Made by a program: the position numbers and the translations under genes | Origin: Candidatus Hydrogenedentota bacterium | GTDB lineage: Bacteria; Hydrogenedentota; Hydrogenedentia; Hydrogenedentales; GCA-2746185 | Length of the DNA stretch: 45,783 bases | Direction: 5' to 3' | Assembly (NCBI GenBank): GCA_947486375.1 | Contig: CANKTP010000003.1 | Span: 1-45,783 of the forward strand | In this document: in pieces, positions 7,532 to 16,746 of the stretch | Numbering within the stretch: the stretch's first letter is position 1 | Layout of the letters: each line of letters starts with the position of its first letter | Notes under the pieces: model-generated | Seen by the model: only the letters and a program-made list of their open reading frames with translations | The model's database searches: none | Told to the model about the DNA's origin: nothing

Positions 7532-9085
7532 TCACGGTTCAACCGCGCCGGACGCGGCGTCACCGCCCCCGACAAGGCACACATAGGCCGTGAGGTCGTC
7601 AATTGCGGCGGCGTCCAGCCAAAGCGTGTAGCGTTCGTTAAACCACTCGGTCACGGAGCGAAGCGTCGGCAGGCGGCCGTCGTGGAAATACGGCGCGGTC
7701 TTGGCCGCATTCCGCAGGGTGGGCGTATCGAAGGCCTCGTCCATCGCGTAGACGCTGCCCTTCGCCGCCGTGCCGAGATTGTGCGACTTGCCGTCGACAA
7801 AAAACGTCGCGGGCACATGACAAGAAGCGCAGCTCATCCCGTCCATCCCGGCAAAAGGACGATTGAAGATGGCCTCGCCGCGGAGGGCCTGTCTTGGCGA
7901 AGACGGCGACAAGCGTCCATCGGTCCCGAGATGAGTGACCGTCTCCGGGGCGAAGGTGTCCATGTAGGCGATGAGCGCGTCGAGGGTGCCTTGACCCGGT
8001 TCTACCCCGCCAAACTCCTCGACGACGACGTTGCGCGTGAACTCGGCCAAGCTCGCAATCCGGCCATTTCGGCCGTAGGGTGGCGTTTGGCGAATGCCAT
8101 GAAGATCGGGGATGTCCAGCGGATCGAATAGTCCATTCCCGCCATGGGGGGAAAAGAAACTGTTGCTCGGGTCGACGCCACCCATCCGGGAGGACAGGCC
8201 GGGGACAAAAAACGCAGGGTTTACCCCGCCCTGGTAGTGGCACGTGGCGCAAGAGATGCCGAGCGATCGCGCGGGTTCGCCGAACAGTGCCGGATCCTCG
8301 AACGCGCGTTTGCCGGTCGTTTCAATGTCATTCTCGAACTCCACCGCGCCGTAGCCGTAACCTTTGAACGTGGGCGTGAATGTCACCAGGTACGTGGCGG
8401 GAGGCAATAGCGGAGGCACTACGGCGCTGGGCAAGTAGGTGGCACTCAGACGAGGCAGGGGCGAGAGCGTCTCCATGCCCTCGACAGAAAACAGATCGCC
8501 GAAAACCTGCCGGACGTAGGAGGAGGCGCTCGCGAACGAAGCCAACTGATTCTCCGAACTTCCGAAACGGGGGGCATGCGATGGATCCGTTTGCTCGACT
8601 TCGTGAGCGAAGGCCATCCACAGTCTCTGGGCATGTTCAACGGTTTCGCGGTCACTCGGGAAATTCACAGCGGAATCAAGCGCTTCCGCCACCGTATCGC
8701 CCACGATTCGTGTCGCAGCCACAAAAACGCGCTCCGCCGTGGAGCGGCGCATGACATTAGTAGGGCTGCTGACGCGCGCCTCGGCTTCGAGATCCCCGAA
8801 TGCCGCGGCTACTTCGGCACGAAATGCATCCAATCTCGACGGCGCGGCACTTTCTTCGATGGTCTTCAAGTCGACTGCGATGTCGTCCCACGGCGCCGGT
8901 TTCAAATTTAGGAGAAAGATTAATCGGCGATAGGCCCCGGCGACGGGAGGTACCTGTCGATTGGCGTCCGTCTGTAGAATAAGTGCGCGGCGCGCGGACG
9001 CGAAATCGTCAGCGAAGGAGACATGGGAGGGCCACAGTTGTGCCACGCCAAGCACCAGTAGGGAGGGGAACATACGGCCACGCAT
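7532..9085 (-). CDS. Secreted di-heme cytochrome c (CcP/MauG-like) with N-terminal helical extension
   Basis: Signal peptide; two heme motifs SCATCH and SCASCH; DTPTLRN..TAPYFHDG motif; ends DLTAYV. Confidence 0.8.
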   Translation of the reverse strand: MRGRMFPSLLVLGVAQLWPSHVSFADDFASARRALILQTDANRQVPPVAGAYRRLIFLLNLKPAPWDDIAVDLKTIEESAAPSRLDAFRAEVAAAFGDLEAEARVSSPTNVMRRSTAERVFVAATRIVGDTVAEALDSAVNFPSDRETVEHAQRLWMAFAHEVEQTDPSHAPRFGSSENQLASFASASSYVRQVFGDLFSVEGMETLSPLPRLSATYLPSAVVPPLLPPATYLVTFTPTFKGYGYGAVEFENDIETTGKRAFEDPALFGEPARSLGISCATCHYQGGVNPAFFVPGLSSRMGGVDPSNSFFSPHGGNGLFDPLDIPDLHGIRQTPPYGRNGRIASLAEFTRNVVVEEFGGVEPGQGTLDALIAYMDTFAPETVTHLGTDGRLSPSSPRQALRGEAIFNRPFAGMDGMSCASCHVPATFFVDGKSHNLGTAAKGSVYAMDEAFDTPTLRNAAKTAPYFHDGRLPTLRSVTEWFNERYTLWLDAAAIDDLTAYVCLVGGGDAASGAVEP

Positions 9086-9088
9086 CGG

Positions 9089-10135
9089 CTATTTCCCACC
9101 ATCCGGCACGTCAATGACCACCATGCGCTGGGGCAGCTTCCCGAGTTTCATCCGCTTGATCTCGCGAAGTTCCTTGACCGAGATTATGGACAGGTCATCC
9201 GACTTGCGGTTCGTAACGTACGCGAAGCGGCCGTCCTTGCTGAACTCGATCGAATTCGGATCCGAGCCGACAGGGATTACGCCCTGAAGCTCGAGGGCAG
9301 GATGCGAATAGACCGCCACGAAGTTACCGATACTCCCGTTCGCGAACAGCAATTTCTCGTCCGGGGTGAGCCTAAGGCCGTGGTTCACGTTGTGGGGGTA
9401 GAACTTGGGAAACTCGGTCCCTTCCGGCAAGGGCGGCATCTCGACATGTCTCCTCACGGATCGCGACGACAGGTCGACCACGATGAACCCGTGCAGACGT
9501 GACAACTGAAGGTACATGGTCTTTTCGTCCTTGGTGATGACAAAGGGCCGGACGCCGTCGTCGAAAGGAATCTGGCCGAGAATCTCGAAGGTGTCCGTGT
9601 CGATGATCGTCACATGATCGTTCATCATCGATCCCACGTAAAGCCGTTTACCGTCTTGGGACAACTTGGTGCCGTGGCCCCCGTGGCCGATACCGATCTT
9701 TTTCACCACTTCCCGCTTCGCAACATCGACCACGGCCAGCCAAAGGGAGTCGTAGTAGGGTACAAAAACATAACGGCCATCCATCGAGGCGATCATGTGG
9801 TGGGGCATGCCATCGAGTTTCACGCGCCACAGCACTTCGTCGGTGGCGGTACTGATGGCAATGAGCTCGCCGGTCTCCCCCACGTTGGCCGCGCGAGAGA
9901 GCCCCGCGCTATCGATGCGGTTGACATAAAGCACATCGCCCTTTGGGGACGAGGCGACAAAGTCCATGTATAGACCGACGGAAATGGTCCCGATGATCTC
10001 GTGCTGGGGAATCGAAATCTTGGTGATTTCGCCGCTATTCGTGTTGTGAACGTAAAGGATTTCCGCCGCGTGCGCCAGCGTGCAGAACGACTGCAAGACG
10101 AGGGCGCACCCCCAGGCAACACGATGGAATTCCAT
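9089..10135 (-). CDS. Secreted YVTN/YncE-type beta-propeller protein
   Basis: Signal peptide ending AHA-A; repeats DGKRLYVG, DGRFAYVTN and VIPVGSDP; several His-containing turns (PHH, GHG, NHG). Confidence 0.8.
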   Translation of the reverse strand: MEFHRVAWGCALVLQSFCTLAHAAEILYVHNTNSGEITKISIPQHEIIGTISVGLYMDFVASSPKGDVLYVNRIDSAGLSRAANVGETGELIAISTATDEVLWRVKLDGMPHHMIASMDGRYVFVPYYDSLWLAVVDVAKREVVKKIGIGHGGHGTKLSQDGKRLYVGSMMNDHVTIIDTDTFEILGQIPFDDGVRPFVITKDEKTMYLQLSRLHGFIVVDLSSRSVRRHVEMPPLPEGTEFPKFYPHNVNHGLRLTPDEKLLFANGSIGNFVAVYSHPALELQGVIPVGSDPNSIEFSKDGRFAYVTNRKSDDLSIISVKELREIKRMKLGKLPQRMVVIDVPDGGK

Positions 10136-10252
10136 GGATATCTCCCCGTTTTCGGCTAAATACTACCAGATCGCGGTTATGGTTTTCTTGGATCGCGGTG
10201 GTATAGTTTGGCCTGCGTCCAAGCGCCTATAACCAGCGGGGAGTAGACAGTC

Positions 10253-11356
10253 ATGGCGAACGATTCCGTGAATATGTTCCATGTCGATTCGGTGTTTCCC
10301 TTGAGCAGCGAGGAAACGACGGTGACCGGGCACGTCGCCAAGGGCGCGTTCCGGCCGGGCGAGTCGGTTTCGCTCATTTCCGGCAGCGGCATTCCGTTGC
10401 TGGCCCCCATTTCGCGCATTGGCAGCGCGGAAACTCCGATTAACATCGTGCGCGAAGGCCAGAAGACCTCGATGTTGCTTCGCCTCGAGCCGCACCACCT
10501 GGCCCCCGGTTCGGTGCTTACAGGAACGGGAAACGACGAGGCCTACGCCGCGACGATGATCGTGGAGGGGGGCAAGGGCACCCAGGCGGCACGCACCGAT
10601 CCGGAGCTTCAACAAATCGAACAACAGGTTAACGCGAGAAAATTCCAGGAAGCGTTCGATGCGCTCCAGGCCCGGCTTGCAAAGGGGGCGGGCAACGCGA
10701 CCGCGCATCGGCTGTTTGCACGGGTCCACCTCGAGGCCGAGCACGAGCTTAACGACAAGAAGAAGGCGCTCGAGCACATCAAGAAGGCGTACGAGTGGGG
10801 AGGCGCCGGCGATTCAGCGGTCCTCGAAACGCTGGCCCAAGCCCTTGGCGCGAACGGCGAAATCGAGCACGGGCTTCGTTTCCTCGAGCGTCTTCACGCC
10901 CTCGCATCGGAAGGAGACACGGCGCGATACTACAGCGAGCGCATCGCCTCCTATCGCAAACGGTTCCGGGTGCCCGATCTATGGGAGTTCTTCGACGGCT
11001 TCGGCGATGTCGTCTTTCAGGCCAGCAAGCTCGACGAAATCAAGAAGGCCATCGCCAACGGCAGCATCCCCAAGAACGCCAATTGTCGCCGAAACAAGAC
11101 GGGCGATATGAAATCCATGACCGAGTACGTCGGCAAACTACACCCGGAAGTCCTCGGCGGAGGCAAATCGAACGCTTCGTCGGCCAGAAAATCCATCGCC
11201 ATCGTTGCCGGCGGCGTGATTGGGCTCTCGGCGGGGATCGCGTTCGGTATGACGAATGTCCTCGCCCTATCCCCTTTCCTCCTTGCGATCGGGGGCGCCG
11301 GAGTAGGCGCAGGAGCGGTGTGGGGTTTTTCGCGCATGGGCACCAAGAAATCCTGA
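10253..11356 (+). CDS. Membrane protein with N-terminal EF-Tu domain II-like barrel, TPR-like helices and two C-terminal TM helices
   Basis: The first ~90 aa follow the EF-Tu domain II pattern (FHVDSVF..TTVTGHV.KG.FRPGE...EGQKTSMLLR...PGSVL). TPR-like segments KKALEHIKKAYE and VLETLAQAL; Gly-rich hydrophobic C-terminus. Confidence 0.7.
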   Translation: MANDSVNMFHVDSVFPLSSEETTVTGHVAKGAFRPGESVSLISGSGIPLLAPISRIGSAETPINIVREGQKTSMLLRLEPHHLAPGSVLTGTGNDEAYAATMIVEGGKGTQAARTDPELQQIEQQVNARKFQEAFDALQARLAKGAGNATAHRLFARVHLEAEHELNDKKKALEHIKKAYEWGGAGDSAVLETLAQALGANGEIEHGLRFLERLHALASEGDTARYYSERIASYRKRFRVPDLWEFFDGFGDVVFQASKLDEIKKAIANGSIPKNANCRRNKTGDMKSMTEYVGKLHPEVLGGGKSNASSARKSIAIVAGGVIGLSAGIAFGMTNVLALSPFLLAIGGAGVGAGAVWGFSRMGTKKS

Positions 11357-11372
11357 ATTGCGTCGAGTCGAC

Positions 11373-11567
11373 ATGAGCGTGCCCAAGGAACCGAACCAAC
11401 CCAAGCCGTTCATCAACGTCCACTTTCGCTGCTGCAATATTTACGCGCGCGTTCACCTGAATGCCCAGGGCAATGCGTTCGCGGGTAACTGCCCGCGTTG
11501 TTGTGCGCGCTTGATCATCGAGGCCGTCGAGGGAGGCGATCCCGCGAAATTTTGGTCAGCCGGTTGA
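11373..11567 (+). CDS. Small Cys-rich (zinc-ribbon-like) hypothetical protein
   Basis: 64 aa with HFRCCNIYARV and GNCPRC motifs; starts 16 nt after the previous stop. Confidence 0.75.
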   Translation: MSVPKEPNQPKPFINVHFRCCNIYARVHLNAQGNAFAGNCPRCCARLIIEAVEGGDPAKFWSAG

Positions 11568-11667
11568 GGGAGACGCGGGGCCTTGTGCCATAATTCCTGA
11601 CATTGGCCAAGGCTTGACTCGACTATACGGGACAGTACCCTTTGCATTACCTTCCGGAGGAAGACCC

Positions 11668-12639
11668 ATGTTCTCGATCGTTTCGCGTCCTTCCTGGCAT
11701 CTCGCCGAGCGGCATGCCACGCCCGAATTGCTCCACGGGAACCGGCGCGATTTTTTGAAGGCCCTGGGCGCCGGGGGCCTCGCTTTGTCGGGAATGTCGT
11801 GGGCTTCGGCACAAGAGCCCGCCCCTGCGGCGGCCGAGGCGAATCCCCTTCCGCCACACGAACGCAATCCGAAGTTCGCCGACGCCGGGCGCGTGATGAC
11901 CGACGAAAAATACCCGTTGATGTTTAACAATTTCTACGAGTTCTCGACCCGGAAAGACGGCCCAGCGAAACTCGCCAAGGGATTCAGTCTCGATCCCTAT
12001 TCCCTCGAAGTTGACGGCCTCGTGGAGAAGCCGCTGAAGTTTGACCTCGATCAAATCGAAAAACTCGGCTACGAAGAGCGCGTGTGCCGTTTCCGCTGCG
12101 TCGAGGCGTGGGCCATGACGGTCCCGTGGGCCGGTGTCCCCCTTGCGAAGCTCATCGCCCAGTGCGGGGTAAAGGCCGAGGCGAAATTCGTGGCGTTCCA
12201 GACCTTCCACGATCCCAAGCGTGCCCCCGGCCAGAAGGACACGGCGTTTACGTGGCCCTACCAGGAAGGCCTGCGCATCGACGAGGCGTTGAATGAGATG
12301 GCCTTCGTCGCCACGGGGTTGTACGGCAAACGCCTTGCGCCGCAAAGCGGCACCCCCCTGCGCATCGTGCTTCCTTGGAAATACGGCTTCAAGGGCCCCA
12401 AGAGCGTCGTGAAAATGACTTTCACTGACAAGCAGCCGGCCACGATGTGGAACTCGGCCATCCCCGCCGAATACAAGTTCTACTCGAACGTCGATCCGGA
12501 AGTGCCGCACCCGCGTTGGTCGCAGGCCTCGGAGAAACTCCTCGCCGACGTGGTCGAGCGGATCCCGACGCAGTGGTACAACGGGTATGGCGAGCAGGTC
12601 GCGGCGCTTTACGCGAACATGCCGCGCGAGTTGTATTAA
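11668..12639 (+). CDS. msrP: Protein-methionine-sulfoxide reductase catalytic subunit MsrP (YedY)
   Basis: Tat motif RRDFLK; FNNFYEF, RFRCVEAW, PWKYGFK and NVDPEVPHPRWSQASE; GGAGG RBS before ATG 11668. Confidence 0.93.
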   Translation: MFSIVSRPSWHLAERHATPELLHGNRRDFLKALGAGGLALSGMSWASAQEPAPAAAEANPLPPHERNPKFADAGRVMTDEKYPLMFNNFYEFSTRKDGPAKLAKGFSLDPYSLEVDGLVEKPLKFDLDQIEKLGYEERVCRFRCVEAWAMTVPWAGVPLAKLIAQCGVKAEAKFVAFQTFHDPKRAPGQKDTAFTWPYQEGLRIDEALNEMAFVATGLYGKRLAPQSGTPLRIVLPWKYGFKGPKSVVKMTFTDKQPATMWNSAIPAEYKFYSNVDPEVPHPRWSQASEKLLADVVERIPTQWYNGYGEQVAALYANMPRELY

Positions 12640-12645
12640 TCCGCG

Positions 12646-12981
12646 TTACCGTGCGCGGTTCGGATCCGGAAAATCCCGGGACAGGCCGAACCGCAGGTTT
12701 TTCACCATCGAGTAAACCGCCTTGTGGAAGGGCTCGATGGCCGGACCGCGGGTAGCCGCTACCTGGAAGGCCGTCTCGAGTTGCGCCATGTCCTTGGCCA
12801 GGATGGTGATATTGAACTCGCCCAATTCCGGCGGGCCGAACCCGAGTTTCCGCCGCTTGATCGAATGCCCCTCGATCTTGCCCTGTGCCTTGAGCATGCC
12901 GAGGTACCGGTCGAGGTTCTCGCAAAAATCGAGGTCCTTCGTGCTGTCCTTCAAGTCGCACCAAATCTCGTAATAATTCAT
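12646..12981 (-). CDS. Conserved hypothetical protein (DUF6614-like, recalled family)
   Basis: 111 aa, MNYYEIWCDLK...RRKLGFGPPELGEF...RDFPD. The real start is ATG 12981 within a longer ORF. Confidence 0.7.
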   Translation of the reverse strand: MNYYEIWCDLKDSTKDLDFCENLDRYLGMLKAQGKIEGHSIKRRKLGFGPPELGEFNITILAKDMAQLETAFQVAATRGPAIEPFHKAVYSMVKNLRFGLSRDFPDPNRAR

Positions 12982-13098
12982 CGCCTCGCTCCCGAAAAGT
13001 CGCCCAGTCCCGCCCGTACACAACCGAATGCATATCGGGCTTGTAGCCCCGCCAGCCGCTTTGTACAATGGCCGCTCATTGCAGGGAGGAAATATACC

Positions 13099-14790
13099 AT
13101 GACCAAGTCGTCCGCGCCGTGGGTTGATGGGCTTACATTCGGCCAGACGCTCGCCAAGACCTGCGCACGCCACGGCGAACGAGACGCCGTCGTGTTTCCA
13201 GGTCTCTCGCTCCACTGGTCCTACGAAGAATTCGCCGCGCGGGTCGATGAGGCCGCCCGCGCGCTTGCGGCCCTCCGGGTCGTCAAGGGCGACCATGTCG
13301 GCATCTGGGCGACAAACGTGCCTGAATGGATTCTCGCGCAGTTCGCCACGGCCGCCATCGGCGCGGTCTTGGTCAACGTGAACCCCGCCTATCGCAAACA
13401 CGAACTCGCTTATATCCTCCGCCAGGCTGACATCTCCGTGCTACTCGTCACCGATTCGCACAAAGGCTCGGATTTCCAAGCGATGGTCGCGGAGGTCATT
13501 CCCGAGCTCGACACGGATCACTATTCCAAGCCCCTCGCCTCCGTCTCGTATCCCAAGCTGCGCCATGTGATTTGCGTGAAGGATGTCCCCTCGACCGCGC
13601 GGGGCATTCGTCCGTGGAGCGCGTTCCTGGCCGAGGCGCGGCGCGTCGAGCCGAGGGCACTGGACGCGATGCGCGCGGCCGTGGGCCCCGGCGATCCGGT
13701 CAACATCCAGTACACCTCGGGTACGACGGGCGATCCCAAGGGCGCGACGCTGTCCCACCGCAATCTCCTGATGAATGCCTTCTATGTGGGCGAACGGCAG
13801 CGTATCACCGAGGCCGACCGCCTCTGCATTCCCGTGCCGTTCTATCACTGTTTTGGTTGCGTGATGGGCACGCTGATGTGCGCGGTGTACGGCGCCGCCA
13901 TGGTGGTCCCCGCCGAGTCCTTCGACCCCGGGGCGACGCTCGAGGCCGTGGCCCGCGAACGCTGCACGGCCCTCTACGGCGTCCCAACGATGTTCAGCGC
14001 CCAAGTCCACCACCCGGACTTCGCGAAGTACGATCTGTCGTCGTTGCGCACCGGCATCATGGCGGGCAGTCCCTGTCCGATCGAGTTGATGAAACGGGTC
14101 ACCCGCGACATGCACCTGCCCGAGATGACCATCGCCTATGGCCAGACGGAGTCGTCCCCGGTAATCACCCAGAGTCACACTAGCGATCCGGTCGAATGGC
14201 GCGTTGGCACGGTGGGTTCCGTCCTACCCGGGCTCGATGTACGGCTTGTCGATCCCGAATCGCTCGCGGACGTTCCCGACGGCGCGCAGGGCGAGTTATG
14301 GGTGCGCGGACACAGCGTCATGATTGGGTACTACAACAAACCCGAGGCCACCGCCGCCGCCATCGATCCCGAGGCCTGGCTCCACACCGGCGATCTCGCC
14401 ACGCGCACGCCCGAGGGCCAGTACAAGATCACGGGCCGCATCAAGGATATGATCATCCGCGGCGGCGAGAACATCTATCCGCGCGAGATCGAGGAATTCC
14501 TGCTGACCCATCCCAAGATTCGCGAGGCCCAAGTGGTGGGGTTGCCCGACCCGAAATTCATCGAGCAGGTCTCGGCATGGATCGTGCCCACGGAACCGGG
14601 CACGCTTACCGCCGCCGAGGTGAAGGAGTTTTGCAAGGGACGCATCGCCCACTACAAGATTCCGCACTACATCGAAATCGTCGCCGAATTCCCCCTGACC
14701 GTCACCGGAAAAGTGCAGAAGTTCCGCCTGCGCGACATAGGCATCGACAAATACGGCCTGCAGGCCGCCGCCGCCGCGGAAACGGCGTAA
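13099..14790 (+). CDS. AMP-dependent acyl-CoA synthetase (fatty-acid-CoA ligase family)
   Basis: AMP-binding motifs QYTSGTTGDPKG, YGQTE, WLHTGD, RGGENIYPREIE and TGKVQK; GGGAGG RBS. Confidence 0.93.
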   Translation: MTKSSAPWVDGLTFGQTLAKTCARHGERDAVVFPGLSLHWSYEEFAARVDEAARALAALRVVKGDHVGIWATNVPEWILAQFATAAIGAVLVNVNPAYRKHELAYILRQADISVLLVTDSHKGSDFQAMVAEVIPELDTDHYSKPLASVSYPKLRHVICVKDVPSTARGIRPWSAFLAEARRVEPRALDAMRAAVGPGDPVNIQYTSGTTGDPKGATLSHRNLLMNAFYVGERQRITEADRLCIPVPFYHCFGCVMGTLMCAVYGAAMVVPAESFDPGATLEAVARERCTALYGVPTMFSAQVHHPDFAKYDLSSLRTGIMAGSPCPIELMKRVTRDMHLPEMTIAYGQTESSPVITQSHTSDPVEWRVGTVGSVLPGLDVRLVDPESLADVPDGAQGELWVRGHSVMIGYYNKPEATAAAIDPEAWLHTGDLATRTPEGQYKITGRIKDMIIRGGENIYPREIEEFLLTHPKIREAQVVGLPDPKFIEQVSAWIVPTEPGTLTAAEVKEFCKGRIAHYKIPHYIEIVAEFPLTVTGKVQKFRLRDIGIDKYGLQAAAAAETA

Positions 14791-14886
14791 ACGCGGCGAA
14801 TTCGTTTGAGTTTCCCTCCCCCGTCCCATAGAATTCCCATTTGGCGCCGTCGCCTATTTTTTTGCGTGTCGCGCCGTGGAGTATCC

Positions 14887-16632
14887 ATGATCCCGATTCC
14901 GTTCTCCTTTTCCCGTTCAATGCTCCTCGCTGGGATGGTTGCAGCGAGTTGGACTGCCAACGCGCAAGACTTCGATCGCCTCCTCGTAAATTTTGACCTC
15001 GTGTTTCGCGGAGGTCAGGTCATGGACGGCTCCGGTACGCCCGCCGTGAAGGCCGATGTCGGGATCAAGGATGGAGTCATCACCGCCGTGGGCGACCTCT
15101 CCCAGGCGACGGCGAAACGCGAGATCGACGTTACCGGCAAGACGATCTTTCCCGGGATCATCGACCTCCACAGCCACGCCGACGAAGGCGCGGCCACGAC
15201 CGGCGGACTTCGGTCGAAGAACGACAAGCGCCGCGCTGCGCCCAACCTCGTCGCACAGGGCGTCACCACGGTCGTGGTGAACATGGACGGCCGGAGTCCG
15301 GGCGACATCCTCCAGCAGAAGACGCAACTCGAGGAACGGAAGTTCGGGCCGAACGCGATCCTGACCGTCGGGCACAACACCGTGCGGCAGGCCGTGATGA
15401 AGAACGATCACGAGCGTGCCGCCACGCCCGCGGAGATCGACGCGATGCGCGCGCTCGTCCGGCGCGGCATGGAGGACGGGGCCTGGGGCCTCAGCGCGGG
15501 ACTCGAATACGTCCCGGGCATCTGGAGCACGACCGAGGAAGTCACCGCGCTGGTCAAGGAGGTCGCCCCCTACCGCGGTGTCTACATCGTCCATGAACGC
15601 AGTTCGGGTTCGGACCCGATGTGGTATGTGCCGAGCCGCGACGAGAACAAACCCATCACGACGATGCTCGATTCGATCAAGGAAACCATCGCGATCGCCG
15701 AGGTCACCGGGGTTGTGAGCGTGGCCACGCACATCAAGGCGCGCGGCGAGGACTATTGGGGCACGAGCGCGGAGATGATCAGGGCTATCCAGGAGGCGCG
15801 CGATCGCGGCGTGAAAATCTTTGCCGATCAATACCCGTACAACACCTCGGGTAGCGACGGCTCGATCGCCTTGTTGCCGCGATGGATCGAGGAGGACGCG
15901 CGGACGGCTTCGGACGGCGCCACGCTTGATCACGCCAAGGTCCTGGCGGACGTACTGCGGGACCCTCTCAAGGCGCAGGCCATCCGGCGCGATGTGCTCC
16001 ACCAGATCAGCCGGCGCGGCGGCGCGGAAAACATCGTCGTATTCCAACACCCCAACAAGGAATTCATCGGGAAGTCGCTCGCCGAGCTGGCCAAACAAGC
16101 TGGCGTGGATCCCCTGGAAATGGCGTACCGGCTGCAAGCGGACGGCTTCAAGGACCGATTCGGCGGCGCGCAGCTTCGCGGTTACTCGCTTTCCGAGGAA
16201 GACATCGAACGATTCGCGGCGCAACCCTGGGTGGCGACTGCCTCGGACGCCGGCATCGCGCTCCCGGAAGACGGATCGATCCACGCCCGGTACTATGGCA
16301 CCTTTCCGCGAAAGATTCGCCACTACGCCATCGAGCGCGGCGTGCTTTCGGTCGAGCAGGCCGTCCGTTCGATGACCTCGCTCCCCGCCGAAATTCTCGG
16401 CGTGGACAAGCGCGGCCTCGTCAAGGAAGGATTCTGGGCCGATCTCGCGGTCATCGACCTGGCCACCATCCGCGACACCGCGACATTTTTCGAGCCGCAC
16501 CAATATCCCGAGGGCGTGGACTATGTCCTCGTCAACGGAAAGTTCGTGGTCGAGGCCGGCGAGTTGACCTACGCATTGCCTGGCCGGGTCCTCACCCCCC
16601 AGGAATCGATGACCCCGCTCGACACCGACTAG
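14887..16632 (+). CDS. N-acyl-D-amino-acid deacylase family amidohydrolase, probably exported
   Basis: PGIIDLHSH, GLEYVPG, THIK, DQYPY and YGTFPR motifs; N-terminal signal-like segment ending ANA-Q. Confidence 0.88.
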   Translation: MIPIPFSFSRSMLLAGMVAASWTANAQDFDRLLVNFDLVFRGGQVMDGSGTPAVKADVGIKDGVITAVGDLSQATAKREIDVTGKTIFPGIIDLHSHADEGAATTGGLRSKNDKRRAAPNLVAQGVTTVVVNMDGRSPGDILQQKTQLEERKFGPNAILTVGHNTVRQAVMKNDHERAATPAEIDAMRALVRRGMEDGAWGLSAGLEYVPGIWSTTEEVTALVKEVAPYRGVYIVHERSSGSDPMWYVPSRDENKPITTMLDSIKETIAIAEVTGVVSVATHIKARGEDYWGTSAEMIRAIQEARDRGVKIFADQYPYNTSGSDGSIALLPRWIEEDARTASDGATLDHAKVLADVLRDPLKAQAIRRDVLHQISRRGGAENIVVFQHPNKEFIGKSLAELAKQAGVDPLEMAYRLQADGFKDRFGGAQLRGYSLSEEDIERFAAQPWVATASDAGIALPEDGSIHARYYGTFPRKIRHYAIERGVLSVEQAVRSMTSLPAEILGVDKRGLVKEGFWADLAVIDLATIRDTATFFEPHQYPEGVDYVLVNGKFVVEAGELTYALPGRVLTPQESMTPLDTD

Positions 16633-16746
16633 CCAAAAGTCGGCGGATTTCTCGTTCCTTCCTAAGTTCCGGGGGGGGATCGCCAATCGAATTCGCGTGG
16701 GTCGAATGCTATGCTTCGGCCCAATCGGCCCAACATGGAGAATTTC

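Noticed and set aside
10253-10530. EF-Tu-D2-like gene as selB or tuf linked to the selenoprotein
   Set aside because: It has no GTPase motifs and no winged-helix SECIS-binding domains, and it carries TM helices.
16671-16678. G8 homopolymer as a phase-variation switch
   Set aside because: It is a short intergenic run in GC-rich DNA, with no identifiable promoter elements flanking it.
14917-16686. Long antisense ORFs (also 26474-28447, 24835-26154, 32228-33436, 7139-8131)
   Set aside because: These are shadow frames opposite well-supported genes, expected in high-GC DNA, and show no recognisable motifs.
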